Origin: Psammoneis japonica
Taxonomy: Eukaryota
Length of the DNA: 64,000 nt
Direction: 5' to 3'
Assembly (NCBI GenBank): GCA_008632985.1
Contig: QPGO01000015.1
Span: 187,998 to 251,997 of the forward strand
This document shows positions 50,660 through 60,855 of the stretch, in pieces; the stretch's first letter is position 1, and the number at the start of each line of letters is the position of its first letter. The notes under the pieces are model-generated. The model did no database searches. It was given only the letters and a program-made list of their open reading frames with translations, and was not told the DNA's origin. A program made the translations under genes and the position numbers.

Positions 50660-53429
50660 AAGTCCGGTGGTTGAAGGGTTAAGAAAATGGGGTTCTCATT
50701 GAGTGCACATGAATTCTGAACAAGAGCCACACTGTTTTCCAGATGCTGGCCCTTCAAAATGGGAATGCTCTTGTGCCTGTCTGCTGACACTTACCCTGAC
50801 ATGTCTGTTGCCATCAACCAGATCACACAGCCCAACTCACCACCAAAACAGGTGCACGGCACTGTGTCCAAGACTCTGATTTGACACCTCAAGAGGACTT
50901 GCAACCAGAAAATGCCTCTGTCTCCCATGGGTCTTCTTGAACTTGACCTTCAGTGGATGCTGATTTTGCCAGCCCATTTCTCAGTGAGCCAGACACAGAT
51001 CTCAGTCTGGTGTGGTTGCACACCAGATGCTTGGTCACTCCAAGTGGCTGCCAGTTGGTCTGGAATTCACAGCTTCAGACAGCCTCTGTGTTCTCAACTC
51101 TTGAAGCTGAATGTCAAGCTGCATCCTGCACTCTTTGGACTCTCTTCCCATTGAAGAACATGCTCCTCTCAGAGGTGGTTTCTGTCCTTTTTTGTCTCCC
51201 AAGATCTCAGGACCCCTCTGTCTGTGCCTGAGTTTTCAAAGACAACCAAAGAGCCTTTTCTGTCTCGCTGCCAATTGCCACACTGCCAACCACACCAAGC
51301 ACTTCTCACCAAGCCATGCTGGTTGTGGGCTCACTGCAACGAGTTTGTGGTGTGGTCAAGGTGGAGTTGGCTGGCCAACTTGAGCAACTGATTGAAGAAG
51401 GCTGCTTCTCATGTTTGTTGCATGCTGTGGCTTGAGTCATGATGCAAGAGCTGTGCTCTGAATTTGTGCCAATTGTGCAAGAAGCTTCTTCATTTTTGCA
51501 AATTTTCAGTCAGTTGCTGGAATCTGTGAGTGAGAGGGAGAGATGTGGGCCCATTCACACATTTGTCCAGCAACCAAGTCTGCCCATGTGTCTGCTGCAC
51601 ACTTCCGTTGTTGGCCAGAGCTCAAACCAAAATTTTTTTGCACCACATTGACCCCATCATTGAGTTGGTCACTGTGTCTTGGTTGAGAGACCAGCACATG
51701 CTGAAACACTCATTTCTTGCTTCAGCAGTGCTTGGCCAATTATTTGGAACATTGTTGTCACTGGTGAGATTGTGCTGGGTTGCCAGCGCAGTGTTGCTCG
51801 CTGCATGAGCAACAATTGTTTTTTTCTGACACTCACTGGATTCAGTCCACATGGCTGACAACTGGTGACTGGCAGTTTTGTGAAAGGATTTTTGACTGAA
51901 CTTTGTCGCTGTTTGTTGGCAGACTCAATCCACTTGTGTTCTGCCTGATGCATTGCACTGGAGCAGACATCCAGGTGATGTGCTGGCAAGGTGCTTGGAG
52001 CCCCCCCCCCCCACACAGACAGACAGACAGACACACACACACACAAGCTTCAACTCACGGTGGTGAGCAGCAAGGTGCCACATTAAAACGCACACCAGCA
52101 GTGCTCTCACATCTGGCATCCAGCATGTCCAGCATCGGCACACTGCAACTGGACTGCAGCAGGCTGTCTCTGGAGAGCAAAGGCATGCATCATGCAACAT
52201 GGTCGGCCCTGTGAGAGGATGGCTCAGCTGCCCCACACAGTCTTTGCTGTTTGGCGCACTGGTGATGATGGATTCTTCTGGATGTGTGATCTGGACAACT
52301 GTGCACCGGCAACCAAAGAGCAAAAAAATGTGCCTGAAAGAAACTTGAGCAGGAAAATTCAAAAGAAATGACCCTTGACCCACCATTTTGAAATCATGGT
52401 GCAGACTTTCATGTGCAACAGAAAAGGGGAAAAGAGACGCCCTTCTTTTTGACTCCCTGGGCTGGTTCAACAGCTGGGCATGACTGGCTTTGCCTCAACA
52501 ACCACCACATGGGGGGTTTCTCTGTGCAAGCAACTTCACTCAATCAGCCAGGCTTCTGTTTCTGTCTCACAACAAGGCACTGCTGTCTCCTGCCTTTTGG
52601 GTCACCTGTCATTCTCTTGACAATCTTTGTCATCTCCTTTTGTTGTTGCTGTTGCCTGGCAACTGATGTCTGTTGATGCAATGCAACAGCAGCTTCAGAC
52701 CCAGGTTCTTGAGGTTTGTCTCAAGAGTCACCACCACAATCTTGCTCTGGCAGGGCACCCTTGACTGAGACTCAAGCAAGTCATGTCAAGCGTGCCGCAA
52801 AAGAGCCCAACTTGCAAATTTTTCAATCCACTCAAAATGTGTTTGAAAGATTTGTTGCTGTTGTCATCACATGCTTGTTTTGTGCTCCACAAACCAGTGA
52901 CAGGGCTGACCTTGTTGAGGGCAAACAGCAACCTGCCAAGGCTGAAGCAATGCAGGCCTTGAACAAACCAGCATGGTTGCACCACACCAGCCAGAAAAGT
53001 CACAAACTTGCTGAGGGATCTTTTGTTTTTGCCTTTTTGCACTGTTGTTTGAAGACACAACACAAACTTGGCCACACAAGCAAGAGGCACAATCATGGAG
53101 TTTTTTCCACCAACATTTGAGCTTGAGAAGCTCTGCAGTTAAAAAAGGAGCCAGCACTGCTCTTAAAAAACAAGTTGAGGTGCCAAGCAGAAAGAAAGAC
53201 AAAGGTGGCTCTTGCAATGAGATGCCAGCCAACAACAATGAAGTTGGAAAAACAGGTTGTTTGAGCTGCCATCTTTCTTGATTCTTTTCTTTGGCAACAG
53301 GTTGAAGGTGGGCTGGGCTGGGAAATGCAAAATCCAAAAAAACAGCCCACAAAGAACTGCGCCACAGATTCACAAGAAAACGTCAAAATGATGCCATCAT
53401 GGTGGCCAGGGAGCTTTGCACCACCTGCG

Positions 53430-54603
53430 TTCCTGCAAGAGCAACTTCAAAATGCCCCAATGTCTTGGTCTTGGCTCCTCATGCCCTGAACAACAGCCGC
53501 AATTTCTCTGCAATGGTCACTGTGAGCAATGCCCCAAGAGGCACATGTCATTTTTGCTGCAAAATCAACAGAGCCACAAAAGTGCACCATCCAACTCTGT
53601 GGCATTACAAAATTGAAAACAATGAAATGCACCCAGCAGCATCTGACATTGACAATGTCAACATCTCCTCCTTGTGTCCAAGAGACTTCACAGACAAAGT
53701 TGAAACTTGGCTCTTCTCAATTTTGCACTGTCAAAGGAAGAATCAACAACATGTTGCTCTGCTGGCTGCTGAGTGACTTGGAGAAAACATCTTTTCTTCC
53801 AAAGTTTGAGCAGACAGAGCTTGTCATCTAAAAATGTGCCAGTGGTGCTGTCAGATTGCAGGTCAGTGCAATCTTCAATGTGGAGCTGTTGTGGTTGCTG
53901 AGTCACACTTGGATCAATGCCTGAGTGTGCCACCTGGCAGACCTCATGTTCTGTTTCAGGTTCATCTGTTCCAACTTTGTAACTCACTTCACACTGCAAT
54001 CAAGCTTCATGAGCTAATTGCCTTGCAGCCATTGGTGTTGGCAGAAATCAGTCTCATGGTCACTGCATGCTGGAGAGAAGAGATTGAAGAGATGGAGAAC
54101 AGCTCACGCCCTTTTCTCTCAATTGGTGTGCAAACAACCCTGCCCCACACGGCATTGCAAGCCTGATGCTGTCACTTTTCCCAGACACAGTCGAGCTGGA
54201 ATTGAAGGATGAGATTTGTTGGATCACGAACTGTCAGTCAGAGATTGCTCTTGCTCACTGCGCTCTGTCGGGTGCGAGGTCGTCGTCCATTGTGCTGTTG
54301 CTGCCATTGTGAACCCCCTTGAAAGCATTGAAAACGAAAACATGAATCAAGCACAAAGGAAGCGTTCTTACTCAGGCTCCAACAACAGCTCGAATTCGAG
54401 TTGAAGAGATGTCACATGTTAAAGCATTGCCAGTTGGGCTGATTCTCCACCGTGCTCAAAGTGATTTCGATCACCAGACCAACTTCTATTTATCTCCTCC
54501 AATCTCCAACCAATTCGACATGTCTGGTTGTATTGGCGAGGCACTATTATCGAACACTTCAAACCCAGTCTGTGTGATGCGGTGTAGGCGAACACCCCAA
54601 TGA
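53430..54603 (+). pseudogene. Hypermutated cyclin duplicate, including upstream sequence
   Basis: Collinear with 39020-40163; has frameshifts and systematic TA and CG changes. Confidence 0.93.
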
Positions 54604-54881
54604 ATGATCTGTCATTCCTGGTTCCTCTGGGAAGGCATGTATATCGCAGTCAAATGAAAATCTTTAGCTATAACTACTCACAAATCAAAGTCAATCAAAT
54701 ACAGTATTTCTACTGGGTCGTTTCAGATACACACATTCCAGCAACGACAGAAAGCTCTGTCCGTTTTGCTGTTACGCACAAGCAAACGTTTACAACACAG
54801 TCCATACGGTAAACCGGCATGTCCTAATCTACCAAAGTGATGAAGGAACTTGCAAACAACGCCGTTCGCCGTTCCCGTCTT

Positions 54882-56220
54882 CTACTTGGCCCGAAATTTA
54901 GTTTTACTTGCCTTGAACTTTGGCCTCTTCGACCTTCTGGTGTTCGTTCGTTTTGGTCCCTCTAGAGTAAGTTCAACGTCTTGAGTTTCCTCAGCTTGAT
55001 TGGACAGAGTTTCTTCACCCGGGGGTTCATCAAAGGAATCTACAATCTCCTCCAGGTGCGTTTCCATGTCTTGTCCAGGCGAAGGCTGCTGTGATGGAGG
55101 AAGAGAGGTCTGAGACGATGCAGTCTGAGACGATGCACTCTGCTCCAATTCACGAGACGTATTTTCCGGCTGATCTGTCGACGACGAAGCCCCGACTTGT
55201 ACTTTGAATACGGACAAATCTTAAACGACAAAGACAATAGAAATACCCATTCTTGTTAGCTCGGTCATGCTGATCAAGAATGGAGTCACTTTTCATCAGG
55301 ATCTCACCTAGGGGGACCTTTGACTTTGGATCCAGCGCAAGAGCTACCAAATGCGGATGCTTTGAATTCTCCGCTTGATATTTTCGTTTAAGCTGCTTCC
55401 TGCTGCGACTCTCAAAAAAGGACGCCATCGTCACAAAGTCGGTACCAACCTGTCGCAATGCGTGGTAGAACAGTTTTGTCTCTTCTACAGTCCAGTGTTG
55501 CGGTGCCCGTCTAGAAACAAAGGAATGATAAGAGGCACCCACAACCGCGGTGTGCGATTCTTCTTCCACCACATGCTGGAATTCCTCTTCCACTTCTTGA
55601 ACTGGGACCCGTGCACCCGGGACAACCATACTGGACTCCTGTAACACAATTTCTCCATTGATAACCTGCACAACCGGCCCACTTGAAGTTACTGCAGCTT
55701 CTGCTTGAGCTGCGTCTGGAACCGGCTCGGCGGCCGCGTTCTCCTTTTGCTTCTGACGTTTCTCCTTCGAACGGAACTTGCTACAAAAAGCCTGTAATGT
55801 GTTTTGACCAGGTAAGGCTGAGGGAACATCAGGCTCCGGAACGACAGACGGTTGCGCAACAGCAGTTCCATCCTCTTGTGCGACTTCTTCATCGTGCTCT
55901 CGTACCGGACGAGAGACACCAATGGCCACCCCGGTTGACGCCTTGCGCTTTTTCCCTCCGCTTCGCCGCGGCGCTTTCGCCAGTGAAGAATCATTTGTAA
56001 CATTAGAGCTTACATCTTGATCTTCCGAATCTGGAGGTTGTTCGTTTGATGTATCTTGATTATTCGAGAGTACTGATGCTTCCTCCTCAACGTCCTCGCT
56101 GGGAGGTGGAGGGGCAGCGGTGACCACAGAAGTGGGAGGATTTCTGGGTTTTCGTTGGTTGGCGGGGCGGAACGTCGGTCGACCTTTCCTGCTACTTTTG
56201 TTCGATCTGTTGCTAGACAT
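54882..56220 (-). CDS. BDP1: TFIIIB B'' subunit (SANT-like domain), intron 55220-55307
   Basis: GPVVQVINGEIVLQESS, WTVEETKLFYHALRQVGTDF..M..FF..RSRKQLKRKY..E. Confidence 0.85.
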
Positions 56221-56436
56221 TATAGCTCTCTACAGATCCTCAGCCTCAGTGCAGAATACCGGGCAGCATCATTGTGGATTTTGCGTTTTGCGGCGTCGGC
56301 TTGTCGGCTGAAGCACTGCGATGTGGCGGCCGGGCGGCCGGCCGGCATCGCGTGCGTCGTTGCGCGTGTTGCGGCGCGCTTCGCCACGATCTACTGTTTG
56401 CCGTCCCAGCTCCATGATGCCACGTGTAAAAATTAA

Positions 56437-58870
56437 CCCCCCGTTTTTAAGGCATTCGCAGAACGAAGGGGTGTAGGCACGACAATTTGATTTTTCAGGA
56501 TTTTCTACTGTACGAGAAACGCGTAGCGCGATACGCGCCTCGTCACCAAAAACAGGCGACGTGACGGTGGTGCGTTGTCGCAACGACAGCGATGACAGCG
56601 ACGTGCCCCAGAGTCTTTTGTCGTTGTGGACATTTGGTTCATTGAGTTTACGAACGTGTTCAGTCATGAAAGTCCCCGGGAGCAACCTCTGTTCGAAAGC
56701 AAAATGTCACACCAACAAGGAGCTCTGTTTTTCGACGATCGTTCAATGCACTCGATTGTCGAACGACTGTGAGTTCGTGCGGGGGACTTTCTTTGCATGT
56801 GTGTGTTCTCCACAGTGCAATTGATTAATGTGTCAAGTGCCTGTTGCAAAGTCGTCCTCTGTCAGCATCTGAAAATTGTCATCGTCATCGTCGGCGTCGA
56901 CGGCAATTTGTCGCGCAAATCGCAAAAAATGCACGAGACAGTCGTCTGGCTGACACTGCGCTGCTGTGCGCTCGTTGTGCACATGCCTCAACCAAACACC
57001 CACCTCGATCGACTAACAGCATGCAGATGCGAAGTTCAGCACCCTTTTTGGGGCCTAGAATGGGGGTGGACGTCAGTCACTTGCCAATCACTGAACATTG
57101 ACTCTCACACTTGCCCGTGTGACAAAGGTGCTCCACGAAAAGTCAGCTCTATTTTGAAATGCCAGATGCCATGAACAATACACACTGTACCTATTACATT
57201 CTCGCAAGACATCGGTTTAAAGAGCATGAGACCGATGATGCTCATATCTTGAGCATTTTATGGCTCTACTAGCGGGGGTCAAAGTCTAGCTAATTCTTCC
57301 AAAAAACTCGAGTCGAGTGGGTCATGCGGGATTCAAGACACGTGACTCACCGTACGTGAATTAGATGATAACATCAACACAAGACCTATTTCATGGCTAT
57401 ATGGAGTTACGACTAGCACAATGTGAACTGTAAAAAACGTCCCGAACACTCGTATCGCATTTTTTGTACATCGATATTTAACGATAACGGCTTTTAGCAA
57501 ATAATTAGGGCATTTTTACAGATGTAACCCATACAATTTGTAGTCAAAAATGGATACTTGTAACACAATTAGAAGATTTTTTAAATGTTTCCTATTCAAA
57601 TTCAGACTCAAATTTTGATATTACTTTTTCAACTCCGACTGCTTCATAATCAATAAACAAGTTCGGATGTTTTATTAAAAGACGTGGCCGGCGTTTCGGT
57701 CCATTTTGGCGGCTACGACATTTGAATTTACTTAACACCAGACATTTCTATAGGGCTTCAGTTCGTAGAGCAATAAATACGTAGACTGGTACAAATTCTA
57801 CAGCAGGAGTCATGTGCAGTCATTTTACATACCAATCATTCAGACATTTACTATATATTTAAATACAAAGTATTCAGTTTGTAATAGTCTATTTTGCACA
57901 TTGTGCTAGTCGTAGCCTCACATTCTATTCTCTAATCCATGGCTGGCCTCGTGACAACTATATTTGACCTTTTTCATGCTATGGATGGGCTAAGTAATCC
58001 ATAAAAACTCAACACAAGCAGCACACTTCTGTTTTCACATTTGACATTTGTGTCTTTGCGATCAATCTAGAGCAGATGCAAGCCAGGGAGGAGCTCCACT
58101 CACTGACATTTATGACCCCACAGAAAAACATCATCAGAACAATTTTGTCAACATTGTTTGACTGCTTTTTTGTTGAACCATGCGCCAGCATCATTCTTCA
58201 TTTTCACTCCAATCCGCCCGACTCTCTCCTGTTCAAGAACACTTGGCTGAATGCATTGCAGCTGCTTTGTCAAAGTCTCACAAATGTTCGTCTGTTCAAT
58301 GCCGTTGGTCAAATGGGATAGATGATGTGACAACGACGTTGGATTCGTTCATGTGCTCATGCTGGGAAAGACAACAAGAATTGGCTGCGGCGGCAAGAAA
58401 GTTGAGTGAGACAACAAGTGGTGAGCCTTGGACACATTGGCAACACAATTTTGATTTTAAATTTACTTGCCTTTTTACAAACTCGGACTTTAACACATCG
58501 GGTTCCGAAAATCCGGCAAATGGTGAGTTGGTGCGTCCTCTGCATGCAACATGGCGTCACGACAAAGCGAAGCGGTGTGTTTCAACATTTCTCGCCAAAC
58601 TGTGCGTCTCCGAATGGATGATTACAACGGTACATCGATGAGGGTCTAATAGAGCTTCTATTGTAATGGTCCAAAAAACGACGAATGTTTAGACACCTTA
58701 TCTACCGCGTCAATGTCATCGTCGGCTCCGGCGGATTTTTGACAATTTCTCCGTGTTGTCACCACGGGGATGGTCTGTACGCTCAACCGGAGCGCGCCGG
58801 CCATGTCAGCTTGAAGTTACTTAAGGCCTGGGTCTCATAACTGTATGGCACGACTCGTGAAATGCGGCCG
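56437..58870. mobile_element. Mosaic repeat region: TpA-depleted patches (~56655-57150 and ~58010-58620) around an AT-rich unconverted segment
   Basis: Begins TTAA|CCCCCCG, like a piggyBac end. No credible host ORF. Confidence 0.4.
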
Positions 58871-59581
58871 TAACCTTACTTACTACTGTTGAGGCATCCT
58901 AAAAAGAGTCGAGTAAGTAGAGCGAGAGGAGATAGTCTATCTCTGGAGTAGAGAGTACGGTAGAGAGGGCCCTAAATATCGATCGCGATCGATAGATTCG
59001 ATAGATGGGTAGCATAGATAGATCGGTCGGTAGGTAGGTAAGTAGTGCCTATGTAAGGTTCCCGCCCTATTATGATAGTCGTACAGGGCCTTCTAGTACT
59101 AGCTAGTGGTGTAGTTAGTTAGTTGTGCAGTGTGCAATGACGCTATGTAATTACAGTAGACTGTTTGTAACACTCCTACGAAGTCTTGATTTTAAAAAGA
59201 ATCTTCATCTCGTTTTATGTCGCGGACCGAAACTTTTTCCTACACAGCTTTTCTTCCAATGTCGTCTAGCTCACGAGGGCGCCAATTCTTTACGTTAAGA
59301 AACAACAGACACAGACAAACACATGCTTCAGTCGATACAAACTGCCAAAGTCACTCTCTGGTGTTCCTTGATTTCGAATCCTTGTTTTCGTCGGGTGGCA
59401 GAAACAGCCCACGTCGAATGAAGCACTTGCAATCCTTGTGGGAAGAACACTCATCCACATCTTTTACATCTCCCCGGACAAAGCATCCGAAGAATTAATG
59501 TCTTTCCTCGACGCAATTTTCTTTGTCTGCAGTCGCATCTGCTTCCTTTGATTTGCCGCAGTCGTCTTTTTCCGCGCCATT

Positions 59582-59863
59582 TTAGCTCTTCTTTTCCTTC
59601 TTGGTGGCGTCTGATTGTGTTTCTCCCACCTCTTCTCGTAGTTGTTGCTCCCGCCAGTGACGTTCGGCACGTGATAAAAGACCAACAACAACGGTGGATA
59701 TCAACGCAACAATGCGCGAAGAGGGCGGAAAAGGATCAAACACAAACAAAAGAACACAGAGAATCAATGTCGATTTCGCAACGTACTCAAAAGGTACGTA
59801 AGAAAAGATCGCCAAGAGACTTGCGATTGCAACGTTTGTTCCTCGAGCACGAGACGCCGACAT
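59582..59863 (-). CDS. Small membrane protein (93 aa)
   Basis: Hydrophobic segments followed by a charged tail; normal dinucleotide composition. Confidence 0.55.
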   Translation of the reverse strand: MSASRARGTNVAIASLLAIFSYVPFEYVAKSTLILCVLLFVFDPFPPSSRIVALISTVVVGLLSRAERHWREQQLREEVGETQSDATKKEKKS

Positions 59864-60855
59864 GAGATGAACTTGCTACAGAATGCAAGAAGCACAAAAA
59901 ACCAAACCGCAGTTCGTGAGCTCTTGCAATAGGCAAGGTGACAGAATTCGGGTCTCTATGGTCGATGCGGCCTCTACAGTAGAGTAGTAGCTAGGAACTA
60001 CTACCGGTACGGTACCTCGGCGAAGTTTTTTGGGATTTCGAAAATTCTGATTTGAGTCCCGTCTAAAAATGAATCGCACGAAGAATAAAATCAAAAAATG
60101 ACCGCCATTGTTTGTGATTGTTTCTGAGTTTTTCAAGTTATTCAGTCCTGAATAGCATAAACCATCACGACAAAATTTCAGTTAATAGGAATTATTCAGG
60201 CTTTAAAATACATAGCACATCAATATTCAATGCAGTATGTTTTACAATGACAGTTCCGACAAATTTTTGATGCGGCAGAGTGTGTTATTGAACATATTCA
60301 CATTCTTTTAAAATGATGAAGTTTTATTTATTTACTATCAAGCAAAGACATGATGCTACTTTATTCAAGTGTGACTTCTAAAAATATTATTGAACTAGTT
60401 CATACTGTGATGATTGATATGTAAGATTATGTGTCAGTTGGTCAGCTCTAAACGACTCGCCAGTTTCTGATACTACAACGATCAATTTAGAATTATCGCA
60501 ATAAAGTTTGTATACAAATGAAATATGTTTTATCCTCATATTTAGGTATGATATTAGTGAGTCAACGGCCTGGGCCGTCGTGGTAGGGAGGAGTTGAAAT
60601 GGGCCGTATAACTCAGTACAAGAACATCGTAGGAACAAAAGGGATCGTTGCAAAAAAAGACGAGACAGTTGGTATCATTTCTACGTAGAATCTACGAGAA
60701 TAGTCAATCACGAACGCAACAACTCCACAACATCGGTCGCACTTTTTAGATGAGCGACCCGCCGGTACCCGAGTCGTATCAAAAGTCACGTGCTTCCCGT
60801 TTGTCAAAGACCGCGACCTTCTAATTCTTCCTGCAACCACGACATTGTTTCGACG

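Larger units (their letters stand above)
45850..50700 (+). mobile_element. Degenerate Plavaka-like DNA transposon nested in the Copia RT
   Basis: Relics DTGDWWK, CDNTGHLRAQPVLATLGN, VGNAKGHNDMAC and FWDLPHG..HGTFGMLPWELLHAL. The Copia RT stops near 45840 and resumes near 50750. Confidence 0.6.
41300..52000 (+). mobile_element. Degenerate Ty1/Copia LTR retrotransposon interrupted by a nested insertion
   Basis: Direct repeats ~41390-41730 and ~51655-52000 (share TGTGAAAGGATTTTTGACTGAACTTTGTC). PPT GAGAGGGAGAGA|TG at ~51532-51545. Relics: LSPAEKE..GLGHL (pre-integrase), GAHH and PVCVLD (integrase), LKLVKSL and GLIEKIL|GMLLCLS..PDMSVAINQ (RT), DADFAS..STLEAE (RNase H). Confidence 0.85.

Noticed and set aside
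52001..52045. Poly-C and (CA)n tract as a functional element
   Set aside because: It is a simple microsatellite at the LTR edge.
41450..54400. Classical fungal RIP or CpG deamination alone
   Set aside because: RIP would increase TpA, and CpG decay cannot remove it.
56433..57285. Complete piggyBac-type MITE (TTAA-CCCCCCG...CGGGGG-TCAA)
   Set aside because: The terminal match is too short to support, although TCAA could be a converted TTAA.
60020..60560. AT-rich segment as a centromere or mobile element
   Set aside because: It is short, I found no clear termini or repeats, and it may be ordinary divergent-promoter DNA.
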